Of a stretch of DNA of 64,000 nucleotides, positions 18,528 to 28,732 are shown piece after piece. This DNA is from Patescibacteria group bacterium (GTDB lineage Bacteria > Patescibacteriota > Minisyncoccia > Phycocordibacterales > SIBU01), in NCBI GenBank assembly GCA_040390045.1, contig JAZJZC010000004.1, forward strand, positions 579 through 64,578. The letters run 5' to 3'. Below the pieces are notes generated by a model. It worked only from the letters and a program-made list of their open reading frames with translations. It searched no databases and was not told the DNA's origin. The translations under genes and the position numbers were made by a program. How positions within the stretch are numbered: position 1 is the stretch's first letter; each line of letters opens with the position of its first letter.

Positions 18528-18699
18528 GCGCAACTATCCAACACAAAGCTCGAAAATTATACCACATCAAATGATTAAATCAATAGGGGATAGCTACCTT
18601 AAAAATTCACCAGAGTTTGTTAACAGCGCCATTGATATTGAGGTCTCAGTTTACTATAATTAGAAGGAACAATTTATTCGCCATAATTATTAAATTCCT

Positions 18700-21177
18700 A
18701 TGCAGAATGAAGCTATTGATACAGAAGAAAAAGAAATTGAGTCTTCAAAATCCTCGTATGGATTTTTGGAAAAAATTTCTTTCTCGCTAGTGTTTATCCT
18801 GCCACTCCTCGTTCCTCTATTTTTTATGTCGACTAATGTTCTTCCGTTTCAGTTTGCCAAGATGCTGGTATTTTCAATTGTAATTGCCGTCGCGTTTGTA
18901 TGTTGGATTCTTTCCAGATTAAAAGATGGTACATTTATTTTTCCAGCAAATCTCATTACTCTTGGAGCTGCCTTAGTCCTCTTGGTGTCAACCATTTCCG
19001 CTTTTTTTTCAGGTTCAATTGGTTGGTCATTGGCTGGCCAGTCATTTGAACTCGGCACTGTTGCATCGCTTGCAGTTTTGTTTCTGCTCTTCCTGTTAGT
19101 CTCAATTTATCTTCGGAAAAAAGAGAATATTTTTTATGCCTATTCACTTTTTCTCGGATCGTTTCTCGTTATTGCTGTTTTTGAACTTTTGAGATTAATT
19201 TTTGGACCAAGTTTCTTGTCGTTCGGAGTATTTAATGATGTCATTACAAGCACCCTTGGTAAGTGGAATGATCTCGGTATCTTTTTTGGAACCGCCTCAG
19301 TCCTAGCACTCATCACCCTCGAACTCATCTCTCTCAGCAAGATTTTCAGAGTATTTGCCTATATCGTGCTGACTAGTTCACTCTTCTTTTTGGCGGTTAT
19401 CAACCTCAATGTCGTCTGGTACATTTTGGCGGTCTTCAGTCTTAGTTTCTTGGTGTATGTTATTTCATTTGAGAAAAAGGAAGGTGGCTCGATTTTGGCG
19501 GACACTTCTGAAAAAACTTCAAAAGTTAAAAGAATACCAAACGCTTCTCTGGTTGTTTTGATCATCTCTCTAGTGTTCATTGGCGACTCCTTGCTTACAC
19601 GGGTTGATCCGGCCACAGGAGTTTCGCATACATTCATTAGCGAAAAAATTTCAAACTTCTTCAACATCAGTCAGTTTGAGGTTCGACCATCGTGGGCCGC
19701 TACCTATTCAGTTTCAAAAAGCGCTCTCGCGGTCAATCCATTGCTTGGCTCCGGTCCCAACAAATTTTCAAAAGATTGGGCAAGCTTTAAACCTGACGGC
19801 ATCAATTCATCAATTTTCTGGAATACCGATTTTGATTATGCTGTAGGTCTTGTGCCAACCATGATGATTTCCACCGGAATCCTCGGCAGTATTTCTTGGC
19901 TCTTGTTTTTTGGAGTATTTCTCTACTGGGGTTTTCGCGCTCTTTTTTCTACGAGTAGTAACAAGATATCTCGCTACCTCTCCGTATCTTCCTTCTTAGT
20001 GTCTTTGTTTTTGTGGATTATCAACATCTTTTATGTTCCAGGCCTCTCGATCGTGGCGCTCACGTTTTTCTTTACCGGACTTTTCGTTTCTTCCCTCTAT
20101 CAGAGCGGATTAATGAAGCCGAAGGTTTTGTCATTCACTGAAGATCCAAAGAAAGGTTTCATTTCTGTTCTTCTTCTTATCATTCTTTTGGTTTGCACTA
20201 TTACATTCTCGTACGCTCTTCTTGAAAAGACTATTGCAACTCTTAATTATCAAAAAAGTATTGTTGCCTTTAACTCTCAAGGAGATCTCGATAAGGCGGA
20301 AGTCTATCTACAAAAGGCAGCATCAGTCGACGGCTTGGCGCTCTACTATAGAACCCTTGCTCAAATTGATATTGCTCGAATGTCTACCTTGCTTTCTCAG
20401 GATGTTAGTGCTGTTTCGACTGATGTTTTGCAGACAAAGTTTCAGGGGTATTTGACTAACGCTTTGAACAACGCTCAACAAGCGATCAAGATTGATCCAA
20501 GCGATTATCAAAACATCATCACACTTGGAAAAGTCTACGAAACGGTTGTTCCGCTGAAAATTGCTGGAGCTTATGAAAATGCTCAGGCCGCATACAAGCA
20601 AGCGCTCGTGCTTAATCCAAAAAATCCTTCGATCAATTTGTTCTTGGCTCAATTGGAAGTTGTTCATGCCAATAATAAAGGAGCAAAGGATTACATCGCC
20701 GAAGCTCTTAAGCAAAAAAATAATTACACCGAAGCTATTTTCCTACTTGCTCAAATCCAAGTTTCCGAAGGTGATATAAAAAATGCCATCACTTCAGTAC
20801 AAGCCGCATCATATCTTTCACCGAGTGATAGTGGGTTACTCTTCCAGTTAGGATTTTTACGCTACAACGTCAAGGATTACGCAGGAGCAGCCACAGCTCT
20901 TGAACAGGCGATTGCAATCAATTCCAATTACGCCAACGCTCAGTACTTCTTGGGCTTGAGTTACTATCATTTGGACAAAGTCCCGGAAGCCATCGCTCAG
21001 TTTAAAGCCTTGAAGATTACTAACCCTGATAACAAAGAGATCGATCTGATTCTTAAAAATCTCAGCGCCGGAAAAGATCCCTTTGCCAACGCCACGCCAC
21101 CGATAGACAGTAAGCCTGAAAAACGATCGACACTTCCAGTCACTGAAAAAGCTCCGGCTGACGAAGCAGCTAACTAG
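18700..21177 (+). CDS. polytopic membrane protein (O-antigen ligase/Wzy-like) with C-terminal TPR repeats
   Basis: The N-terminal 480 aa contain at least 10 TM helices. The C-terminal 330 aa carry TPR-like repeats (YYRTLAQI..., AQYFLGLSYYHLDKVPEAIAQF). Confidence 0.5.
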   Translation: MQNEAIDTEEKEIESSKSSYGFLEKISFSLVFILPLLVPLFFMSTNVLPFQFAKMLVFSIVIAVAFVCWILSRLKDGTFIFPANLITLGAALVLLVSTISAFFSGSIGWSLAGQSFELGTVASLAVLFLLFLLVSIYLRKKENIFYAYSLFLGSFLVIAVFELLRLIFGPSFLSFGVFNDVITSTLGKWNDLGIFFGTASVLALITLELISLSKIFRVFAYIVLTSSLFFLAVINLNVVWYILAVFSLSFLVYVISFEKKEGGSILADTSEKTSKVKRIPNASLVVLIISLVFIGDSLLTRVDPATGVSHTFISEKISNFFNISQFEVRPSWAATYSVSKSALAVNPLLGSGPNKFSKDWASFKPDGINSSIFWNTDFDYAVGLVPTMMISTGILGSISWLLFFGVFLYWGFRALFSTSSNKISRYLSVSSFLVSLFLWIINIFYVPGLSIVALTFFFTGLFVSSLYQSGLMKPKVLSFTEDPKKGFISVLLLIILLVCTITFSYALLEKTIATLNYQKSIVAFNSQGDLDKAEVYLQKAASVDGLALYYRTLAQIDIARMSTLLSQDVSAVSTDVLQTKFQGYLTNALNNAQQAIKIDPSDYQNIITLGKVYETVVPLKIAGAYENAQAAYKQALVLNPKNPSINLFLAQLEVVHANNKGAKDYIAEALKQKNNYTEAIFLLAQIQVSEGDIKNAITSVQAASYLSPSDSGLLFQLGFLRYNVKDYAGAATALEQAIAINSNYANAQYFLGLSYYHLDKVPEAIAQFKALKITNPDNKEIDLILKNLSAGKDPFANATPPIDSKPEKRSTLPVTEKAPADEAAN

Positions 21178-21182
21178 CTATT

Positions 21183-22868
21183 ATGGTCAAGAGAGTGCTC
21201 AATATGTTACATCGTGAGATAAGCGGACTCCATGAGGCCGCTTATCTTTTAGGCGTAGCCGCAATCGCATCGCAATTACTTGCCCTTCTGCGAGATCGAA
21301 TTTTTGCCTACACTTTTGGAGCCAGTCGCACACTCGATATTTATTACGCCGCATTTCGCATTCCCGATCTTATTTTTGTTTCTATTGCTTCTGTGGTTTC
21401 GATTTCAATTCTCCTGCCGTTCTTTATAGAAAAGTTTAAGGAAGGGGAGGCGACAGGCAAGCGATTTGTTGACGCCAGCTTTTCGATTTTTTTTGCTGCC
21501 ATTGTAGTCATTAGTTTTTTGGCTTACATTTGTATTCCATTTTTGACGCCATTTGCTTTCCCAGGGTTTTATAGCCCAGTGGTAAAAGCCCAACTTGTGA
21601 TGTTGGCTCGCATTATGTTACTTTCCCCGATCCTCCTTGGTATCTCAAATTTTCTGGCCAGTATTACCCAGATGTACAATCGTTTTTTTATTTACGCGCT
21701 GAGTCCACTTCTTTATAATCTTGGTATTATCATTGGCGCGCTTTTTTTCTATCCTCTCTTTGGTATATCGGGTTTGGCCTTCGGAGTGGTGCTTGGAGCT
21801 GGACTCCATTGTCTTGTGCAAGTACCTTTTATTTTGGAACGAAAACTTTTTCCTAGATTACGCCTGCCACTTGAATGGCGAACAGTGCGAAAGTTGGTTA
21901 TTCTTTCCTTACCGAGGACGTTGGCGCTCTCCGCCAACCAGATTGCCACCTTTTTTCTAGTGAGCATGGCGTCTCTCATGAGTGTTGGTTCCATCGCCGT
22001 TTTTAATTTTTCCTGGAACTTGCAATCGGTGCCGCTTTCAATCGTTGGTGCCAGTTACGCCTCCGCCGCTTTTCCCGCGCTTTCTCGCTATATTTCACAG
22101 GGATTGCGCGATACTTTTTTGGAACAGATGATTATTTCCACGCGCCATATTCTTTTTTGGTCAATTCCAATGATGGCGCTGTTTGTGGTTCTTCGCGCGC
22201 AAATCGTCCGTACCATTCTCGGCGCAGGAAACTTTAGCTGGTCTGACACGCGACTGACCGCCGCATGTCTGGCAATTTTTATTCTTTCAGTTGTCCCTCA
22301 AAGTCTATTGCTTCTTTTTGTTCGTGGATATTATGCATTAGGAAAAACCAAGAAGCCTTTGATAATTAATGTGGTCACTTCAGTTTTTTTAATTTTTTTG
22401 GGATATATTTTTATTTACCTTTTCAAGACCTTCGACACATTCAGGTTTTTTCTTGAAAATTTATTTAAGGTCGACAGTTTGCCTGGCAGTATTGTGTTGG
22501 TGCTTCCTTTGGCCTACTCTGTGGGTACAACGATCAATGCGCTCGTGCACTGGATCGCTTTCCAGCGAGAATTTCCAAGTTTTACGCGACCGGTATTCAA
22601 AACACTTTTCGCCAGTTTTTCCTCATCGGTTATCATGGGGTACGTCGCGTATTTATTTCTCGATATCTTCGACAATATTTTCAATATCAATACTGTTCTT
22701 GGTGTATTTCTTCAAGGCTTTTGTTCGGGGGTTCTTGGTATTGCCGCGGGTATTTTAGTTTTGGTTCTTATGAAAAATCAAGAAATTCGAGAAATATGGA
22801 AGGCCTTCCATCATAGAATTTGGAAAACTAAAGTTATTGGTGCGGATCCAGTGGACGCTCTGTTATAG
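21183..22868 (+). CDS. murJ: lipid II flippase MurJ
   Basis: N-terminal MurJ/MviN signature (AAYLLGVAAIASQLLALLRDRIFAYTFGASRTLDIYYAAFRIPDL) with about 14 TM helices. Confidence 0.75.
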   Translation: MVKRVLNMLHREISGLHEAAYLLGVAAIASQLLALLRDRIFAYTFGASRTLDIYYAAFRIPDLIFVSIASVVSISILLPFFIEKFKEGEATGKRFVDASFSIFFAAIVVISFLAYICIPFLTPFAFPGFYSPVVKAQLVMLARIMLLSPILLGISNFLASITQMYNRFFIYALSPLLYNLGIIIGALFFYPLFGISGLAFGVVLGAGLHCLVQVPFILERKLFPRLRLPLEWRTVRKLVILSLPRTLALSANQIATFFLVSMASLMSVGSIAVFNFSWNLQSVPLSIVGASYASAAFPALSRYISQGLRDTFLEQMIISTRHILFWSIPMMALFVVLRAQIVRTILGAGNFSWSDTRLTAACLAIFILSVVPQSLLLLFVRGYYALGKTKKPLIINVVTSVFLIFLGYIFIYLFKTFDTFRFFLENLFKVDSLPGSIVLVLPLAYSVGTTINALVHWIAFQREFPSFTRPVFKTLFASFSSSVIMGYVAYLFLDIFDNIFNINTVLGVFLQGFCSGVLGIAAGILVLVLMKNQEIREIWKAFHHRIWKTKVIGADPVDALL

Positions 22869-22877
22869 TATTAAAAA

Positions 22878-22900
22878 AGAGCGAAGAAAACTTCGCTCTT
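22878..22900. terminator. hairpin aagagcgaag-aaaa-cttcgctctt between convergent murJ and Clp_N gene
   Basis: 10 bp stem. A T-run follows on the minus strand. Confidence 0.55.
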
Positions 22901-22924
22901 ACTCGCATTTGTCCGCGCGCCTTA

Positions 22925-23383
22925 CTAAATGGTTGAGCATGCGATGACCTGTCGGCGCAGATCCTCAAGTGTCGGGTAGAACGGACAAAGTGCCTCCGCT
23001 GCTTGATTTTCGCGCTCGCCCAAAAGTCCTAGGAGTAAATGTTCCGTCCCGGCGAAAGATGCGCCGAGTCGGTCAGCCTCCTGTTTTGCAAAGCTTAAAA
23101 TTCTATAGACCCGCGGTGTCAGCGGTATATCGTGGTCAGAATTTAACTTTTCTGAAAAGAGAGACTCACTCAAGGCTGACTCAATTTTGCTCACAACGGT
23201 TTGAGTTATTCCTGAAGAGGCTAACACTCTGGCAGCAGTGGACTCTGGGCCAAGCTTGATAATCCCAAGTAGGATATGCCCGCCACCAACAAAGTTGTGC
23301 CCGAGCCGACGAGCCTCCTTTGAAGCGTTTGCAATAGCCTGTTGGGCACGCGGTGTAAAGTCCCGGTTCTCGATGTTTTTCAT
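22925..23383 (-). CDS. Clp N-terminal (Clp_N) repeat domain protein
   Basis: Two Clp_N repeats (AQQAIANASKEARRLGHNFVGGGHILLGI; FAKQEADRLGASFAGTEHLLLGLL). Confidence 0.65.
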   Translation of the reverse strand: MKNIENRDFTPRAQQAIANASKEARRLGHNFVGGGHILLGIIKLGPESTAARVLASSGITQTVVSKIESALSESLFSEKLNSDHDIPLTPRVYRILSFAKQEADRLGASFAGTEHLLLGLLGERENQAAEALCPFYPTLEDLRRQVIACSTI

Positions 23384-23495
23384 GTTTCTTCTTTTCTAAC
23401 GTTTCTGTATTCTGTGTACATTTTTACACTACGGTTCAATTTCTGTCAAAATTTTAAGTTGGTGATTAGGCCTTATTTCTGCTAGTATAACGTTC

Positions 23496-25298
23496 ATGGA
23501 CCTAAAAAATATCCGAAATTTTTCAATTATCGCTCACATTGACCACGGTAAAAGTACCTTGGCTGATCGGCTTTTGGAATTGACGGGTACTATCGAAAAA
23601 CGAAAAATGCAGGATCAGGTGCTCGACTCGATGGAACTTGAACGAGAGCGGGGGATTACAATCAAAATGACCCCCGTTAGAATGGGTTACAAACAGCAGT
23701 CAACCGATTACACACTTAATCTTATCGACACTCCCGGCCATATTGATTTTTCCTATGAAGTTTCTCGTGCACTCCGCGCGGTTGAAGGTGCAATCCTGCT
23801 TATTGACGCAACGCAGGGAATTCAAGCGCAGACTCTTTCGGTACTCAACATGGCGCGTGAGGCTGGGCTTGTGATTATCCCCGCGGTTAATAAAGTGGAT
23901 TCGCCACTCGCTAGAACTGCTGAAATAAAATCGGAGGTGGCCAAACTGCTCGAGTGTGATGAAAGTGATGTGCTTGAAGTTTCCGGACGAACCGGCCAGG
24001 GTGTGCCAAAACTCTTGGAAGAAATTGTTCGTCGGATTCCACCACCGCATGAAGAAATTGCGAACAGTGGCAGTTTCCGCGGATTGATTTTTGATTTTCA
24101 ATATTCCAACCACACAGGGGTGATTGTCTACCTGAGAATTTTTGATGGTACGGCGCGCAAAGGCGAAAAATTAATTTTTAAAATTGCGGGTAAGGAATTT
24201 ACGCCGATTGAAGTGGGTGTTTTTGCGCCGGCTCCAACTGCCGCGGAGAGTTTAAACGCGGGCGAGATCGGCTATATTGTCACTGGCATCAAAGAACCCG
24301 GGATTGCGTCGGTTGGAGATACGGTGACCGTTTTGAACAAACCACTTCCCGAGCTTGCCGGCTACATGAGTCCGAGACCTGTGGTATGGGCGTCAATTTA
24401 TCCAGAAAGTCAGGACGATTTTAATTTGCTCAGACAAGCTCTTGGGCGATTACGTCTTTCTGATTCCTCATTTACCCACGAAGAAGAGTCTTCAGGTCTT
24501 TTGGGTCGAGGTTTTAGGTGTGGATTTTTGGGAATGCTTCATCTGGAAATTATTACTGAACGCCTTCGTCGCGAATTTCCACTTAAACTTATTGTGACCA
24601 CACCAAGCATTACTTACGAAGTAATTGATACACGAGGGAAACGTTTGGTTGTTCATTCGCCAACACTTTTACCCGAGTATGGTGAGATTGATAAAATTTT
24701 TGAACCATGGGTGGTAATCAAAATCATTACCCCTTCGGATTTTCTTGGCCCGATTATGCAATTGCTTTTTAAGCATGAAGCGATTGTGGGCGAGTCAGAA
24801 ACTTTTGGTGACAATCGCTCCTCCGTCACGCTTGAAATGCCGTTGCGAGAACTGATGAGAAATTTCTTCGATGAGTTGAAAAGTGTTTCTTCAGGATTTG
24901 CTTCTCTTTCCTACAAGATTGGTGATATTCGAGAGGCGGATGTGGTGAAGCTAGATTTGTTGGTGGCAGATGAAGTGGTGCCGGCCTTTTCTCGCGTGGT
25001 ATCGAGAAAACGCGCGGAGGAAGAAGCGGAAGCGGCGGTTGAAAAATTGTACGGCATTTTACCGCACCAAATGTTTGTCACCAAAATTCAGGGAAGAGCT
25101 TTGGGTAGGATTATGTCATCGCGCACAATTTCTGCTATGAAGAAAGATGTCACCCAGCATATGTACGGAGGCGACATTACTCGAAAAATGAAACTTCGCG
25201 AAAAACAGAAAAAAGGCAAAAAGAAAATGCTCGAACGGGGTCGAGGCAACGTCAACATTCCTCAGGAGGTGTTTATCAAGATGATGCGAAGCGAGTAA
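23496..25298 (+). CDS. lepA: elongation factor 4 (LepA)
   Basis: G-domain motifs (AHIDHGKST, DTPGH, NKVD) and the LepA-specific C-terminal domain. Confidence 0.9.
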   Translation: MDLKNIRNFSIIAHIDHGKSTLADRLLELTGTIEKRKMQDQVLDSMELERERGITIKMTPVRMGYKQQSTDYTLNLIDTPGHIDFSYEVSRALRAVEGAILLIDATQGIQAQTLSVLNMAREAGLVIIPAVNKVDSPLARTAEIKSEVAKLLECDESDVLEVSGRTGQGVPKLLEEIVRRIPPPHEEIANSGSFRGLIFDFQYSNHTGVIVYLRIFDGTARKGEKLIFKIAGKEFTPIEVGVFAPAPTAAESLNAGEIGYIVTGIKEPGIASVGDTVTVLNKPLPELAGYMSPRPVVWASIYPESQDDFNLLRQALGRLRLSDSSFTHEEESSGLLGRGFRCGFLGMLHLEIITERLRREFPLKLIVTTPSITYEVIDTRGKRLVVHSPTLLPEYGEIDKIFEPWVVIKIITPSDFLGPIMQLLFKHEAIVGESETFGDNRSSVTLEMPLRELMRNFFDELKSVSSGFASLSYKIGDIREADVVKLDLLVADEVVPAFSRVVSRKRAEEEAEAAVEKLYGILPHQMFVTKIQGRALGRIMSSRTISAMKKDVTQHMYGGDITRKMKLREKQKKGKKKMLERGRGNVNIPQEVFIKMMRSE

Positions 25299-25611
25299 AC
25301 CATCCATACGAAAATACGAAAAAAGAAGATGGTATACGAAATCATACAAAAAACTCAGTAGTCCTTGAGGTTTTTGTATGATTTCGTATTTTCGTACCCA
25401 ATTCGTAATTTCGTATTGACCTAACTATACAGTCCAGGTAAATAGAGAAGCACCATACTTAAAATAATAAGGATACAGAGTATGCTCCAAATGATCTGGA
25501 TTTTTTTCTGGTGTTTTTTGTTGAATAGCATGATAGTAGTAGATTAGTAATTAGTAAATTGGTCGGTAGATAAAGATAAGATCACTCTATCTTATTATTT
25601 TTATACCGATT

Positions 25612-26064
25612 TTGCAACAAAAACGAGAGCTAGGCGGTTACTCGGGTCTACCAACTACCAACTATTTACTATATACTATTTTAATGCGCGAATTTGAACA
25701 CAAAAGGAAATTCCGTAAAATATTGTCATCGCCAATACTTTTGGTTCCGCTTGCCCTGATCGCTTTTTTTTCAGCTCGCGCAACATGGAATATTTACCTT
25801 AAGGATCGAGATTCTGTGGTCGAGTTGCAAACGTCTCAAGAACGTTTAGCTAAACTTGAGGGTCGTCAGGCCGAGCTTTCAGTGGCGACTGCAAAACTTT
25901 CAAGCGAGTCTGGCATTGAGGGTGAAATTCGAGATCGGTATCAAATGGCTAGGCAAGGGGAGAAAGAGGTGGTAATCGTAGAAAATCCATCGAGTAATCA
26001 GGCTACGCTTATTGTTAAAAAAGGTTTTTTCCAAAAAATTATTGATTTTTTTATGAAGAGATAA
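25612..26064 (+). CDS. FtsB/DivIC-like septum formation initiator (TM + coiled coil)
   Basis: TM helix followed by a coiled coil and a C-terminal (R/K)xxxxxGE(K/E)xVxV pattern (MARQGEKEVVIVE). The start is probably the internal ATG near 25685. Confidence 0.5.
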   Translation: MQQKRELGGYSGLPTTNYLLYTILMREFEHKRKFRKILSSPILLVPLALIAFFSARATWNIYLKDRDSVVELQTSQERLAKLEGRQAELSVATAKLSSESGIEGEIRDRYQMARQGEKEVVIVENPSSNQATLIVKKGFFQKIIDFFMKR

Positions 26065-26078
26065 CATAACTATGTTTT

Positions 26079-26190
26079 GCGGATATGGTTTAGTGGTAGA
26101 ATGCGTACCCCGTCATTCGACGGGGTAAACTTCCCAAGCAAGAGGCGCGGAGTTTCAAGTCATCTTATGACTTGACCCTGTCGGAGAGGC
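26079..26190 (+). pseudogene. decayed tRNA-Gly-like 5' portion (acceptor GCGGATA, D-arm, CTTCCCAAG anticodon-loop remnant, with 22 nt hairpin insertion)
   Basis: Resembles the intact tRNA-Gly at 26291 but cannot be folded into a cloverleaf. The matching acceptor 3' strand plus T-loop (gtttcgattctccctatccgca) lies 400 nt downstream at 26478-26503. Confidence 0.4.
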
Positions 26191-26290
26191 GTATCTTCTT
26201 GAAAGCGATGCTCGACGTCGAGAGCGGTATCTTAAAACAACAGAAGGAAAGAGATTTCTGAAACAACAAATAAGAGATTATTTAATTCAA

Positions 26291-26361
26291 GCGGGTATAG
26301 TATAGTGGCAATATGCGTGCTTCCCAAGCATGAGACGCGAGTTCAATTCTCGCTACCCGCA
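26291..26361 (+). tRNA. tRNA-Gly (anticodon CCC)
   Basis: Acceptor GCGGGTA/TACCCGC, anticodon stem CGTGC/GCATG with loop TTCCCAA, T-arm GCGAG-TTCAATT-CTCGC. Confidence 0.75.
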
Positions 26362-26519
26362 CACGTATAAAACATCGACAGATGTTTTATACGTGTGCGG
26401 GAATTGAAGCCCGATTGAGCATTTTTTCTAGTTTCTGAACGTAGAAAAAATCCAATCGCGGGTACTGAAACTGTAAGTTTCGATTCTCCCTATCCGCACA
26501 ATTACATTATAAAATTTAA

Positions 26520-27209
26520 ATGCTAAAAATTTCTTGCATCATTCCGGCCTATAATGAAGAGAAAAATATCACACGTGTTCTTCGGATTCTGGTCCCACTT
26601 ATCGGCACGGTGATTCACGAAGTGATCGTTGTCGATGATATGTCAGGTGACAATACGAAAGAAATTGTTAAAAATTTTTCGACAGTCCGACTGGTGGAGC
26701 ATCTAGTCAACGAAGGAAAAAGTAAAACTGTCTCTGATGGCATACAAAAATCAACTGGCGATTATATTTTGCTACTTGATGCGGACTTGCTGTACCTCAA
26801 TCAAGGCAACATCACTGATCTCATTACACCCATCAGTAACAACAGAGCCGACGTTACTATCAGTTTCAGAAAAAATGCCTGGCCACTTTTTCCTTTTAAG
26901 GATATTGATTATTTATCTGGCGAGAGAATTTTTCCTAAAAAACACGCGGCATCTTTTTTGGATGAGATGGCGCAATTGCCGGGCTATGGACTTGAGGTGT
27001 TTTTAAATAAAAATGTCATCATTCGCAATCAATTGCGTCTGGCGGTCGTGCAATGGCCAAATGTTGAAAACCAGCCTCATTATCGTAAAAAAGGTATACT
27101 TAAAGGCGCGCGTGTGATTGCCAAAATTTGGTGGAATGTGCTTCGTACTGCCTCAATCATTGAAATATTTAAACAAAATATTAGTATGCGGAAACTTCTT
27201 GTAAAATAA
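26520..27209 (+). CDS. glycosyltransferase family 2
   Basis: N-terminal GT2 signature (ISCIIPAYNEEKNI...VVDDMSGDNT...LLDADL). Confidence 0.7.
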   Translation: MLKISCIIPAYNEEKNITRVLRILVPLIGTVIHEVIVVDDMSGDNTKEIVKNFSTVRLVEHLVNEGKSKTVSDGIQKSTGDYILLLDADLLYLNQGNITDLITPISNNRADVTISFRKNAWPLFPFKDIDYLSGERIFPKKHAASFLDEMAQLPGYGLEVFLNKNVIIRNQLRLAVVQWPNVENQPHYRKKGILKGARVIAKIWWNVLRTASIIEIFKQNISMRKLLVK

Positions 27210-27210
27210 T

Positions 27211-27969
27211 ATGAAATTAAGTTTTGTTATACCTGCGTACAATGAGGAATCTTTAATTCGCCCGTGTCTCGAGTCTGTCTTACTGCAAACAGAATATCTT
27301 TTGGGTGAAGTTGAAATTATTGTTGTAAATAATGCGAGTACCGATAAAACGAAGGAGATCGCGCTCTCTTTTAAGCGGGTGGTGGTGGTTGACGAAGGGA
27401 AGAAAGGCTTAGTTAATGCCCGGCAGGCTGGTTTTTTGGCATCTACAGGGGATTTAATCGCTAACATTGATGCTGACACACGATTAACACCCGGTTGGGT
27501 GAACAAAGTTTTAAAGGAGTTTTCTAAAAGCGAAAGGTTGGTCGCTCTCAGCGGCCCATATATTTATTATGATTTATCAAGGGCGTACAATCTTTTAGTG
27601 CGCACATTTTATTATTTAGGATATATTAGTCATGTTATAAATCACAAGATTTTTCATATTGGAGCAATGCTCCAAGGTGGTAATTTTATTTTACGCCGCA
27701 GGGCTTTAGAGAAAATCGGAGGGTTTGATACCAGAATTATTTTTTATGGAGAGGATACGGATATTGCCAGACGAATTCAGAAAGTGGGGGAGGTAAAATT
27801 CGATTTTGCATTACCAATCTATTCTTCCGGAAGGCGTCTAAAAAAAGAGGGGATGCTTAGGAGTGCATGGCACTATTCAATCAATTATTTTTGGATCACT
27901 ATTTTTAAAAAACCTTTTACAGAAAATTATAACGACATTCGATCGAAGGCGGTAAAGCCAAAGAATTGA
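27211..27969 (+). CDS. glycosyltransferase family 2
   Basis: SFVIPAYNEE...IVVNNASTDKT...IDADT. Adjacent and paralogous to the previous gene. Confidence 0.7.
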   Translation: MKLSFVIPAYNEESLIRPCLESVLLQTEYLLGEVEIIVVNNASTDKTKEIALSFKRVVVVDEGKKGLVNARQAGFLASTGDLIANIDADTRLTPGWVNKVLKEFSKSERLVALSGPYIYYDLSRAYNLLVRTFYYLGYISHVINHKIFHIGAMLQGGNFILRRRALEKIGGFDTRIIFYGEDTDIARRIQKVGEVKFDFALPIYSSGRRLKKEGMLRSAWHYSINYFWITIFKKPFTENYNDIRSKAVKPKN

Positions 27970-28016
27970 ACTCGAATAACGTTATTGAACGGTAGGTTGC
28001 TATCAGTTATAATTAT

Positions 28017-28652
28017 TTGATGGGAAAACCCTCCTTATCAAAAATTGAAATCGATCAGATTGTTGACTTAAGAAAAAATGGTCACACACTCTCGGAAATT
28101 CAAGCTGTTGTTAAACGTGCTTACGGGACTGTGTTTAAATACATGAAGAACGTCTCTGTTTTACCTGAAAAAGAAGAATTTTGGAAAGTGAGACGTGGAG
28201 GTAGCAAGTTTCGTTCATTAAGTGAATGGCAAGAAGCGAAGGTAAAAGCTAAGAATTTGATTTTTCCAATTGGAAAAAAAGAGAGGCTTATTATTCTTGC
28301 CTGTTTGTACTGGGGAGAGGGCAATAAATCCGAACTCAATTTAATCAATAGTGATCCAGATTTGATCAGGTTGTTCGTTAGTTGTTTAAGGGATATTGGA
28401 GTTACTAAGGATCAACTCAAGGTATCAATTAGAATTTATGATGATGTCAATAAAAAGGAGGCGATAAGATTTTGGGCTGGTGTCGTGGGAATTTCTCCTG
28501 ATGAGATTTTGTCTGTTAATGTTTTGTTTGGTAAAAAGAAAGGAAAACTAAAGTACGGTATGTGTCGTGTGCGCGTCCAAAAGGGTAAATTATATTTCAA
28601 ATTGATAATGAGTATGATAGCCTTGATGAAAGAGAATTTATTGCTGCCGTAG
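28017..28652 (+). CDS. hypothetical protein with N-terminal HTH-like segment
   Basis: 211 aa. The N-terminus (LSKIEIDQIVDLRKNGHTLSEIQ) looks like an HTH. The 3' end overlaps the tRNA-Arg start by 10 nt. Confidence 0.4.
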   Translation: MMGKPSLSKIEIDQIVDLRKNGHTLSEIQAVVKRAYGTVFKYMKNVSVLPEKEEFWKVRRGGSKFRSLSEWQEAKVKAKNLIFPIGKKERLIILACLYWGEGNKSELNLINSDPDLIRLFVSCLRDIGVTKDQLKVSIRIYDDVNKKEAIRFWAGVVGISPDEILSVNVLFGKKKGKLKYGMCRVRVQKGKLYFKLIMSMIALMKENLLLP

Positions 28653-28717
28653 TTCAATGGATAGAACAAGACACTCCTAACGTCTAGATGCAGGTTCGAT
28701 TCCTGCCGGTGGCACCA
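28643..28717 (+). tRNA. tRNA-Arg (anticodon CCT), genomically encoded CCA
   Basis: Acceptor GCTGCCG/CGGTGGC (two GU pairs), anticodon stem AGACA/CGTCT with loop CTCCTAA, T-arm GCAGG-TTCGATT-CCTGC, then ACCA. Confidence 0.7.
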
Positions 28718-28732
28718 AAATAAAAAATAAAA

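Noticed and set aside
17700-18560. RNase P RNA, tmRNA or SRP RNA in the GC-rich region (checked also for 54343-55045 and 30100-30510)
   Set aside because: No P4 AAAGTCCGG, no tmRNA-type acceptor/T-loop/CCA ends and no SRP GGAAGGAAGCAGC motif. The identity stays open.
28017-28652. LAGLIDADG homing-endonuclease call for the 211 aa protein (LYWGEGNKS-like segment)
   Set aside because: Only one loosely LAGLIDADG-like segment and no second motif. Left as hypothetical.
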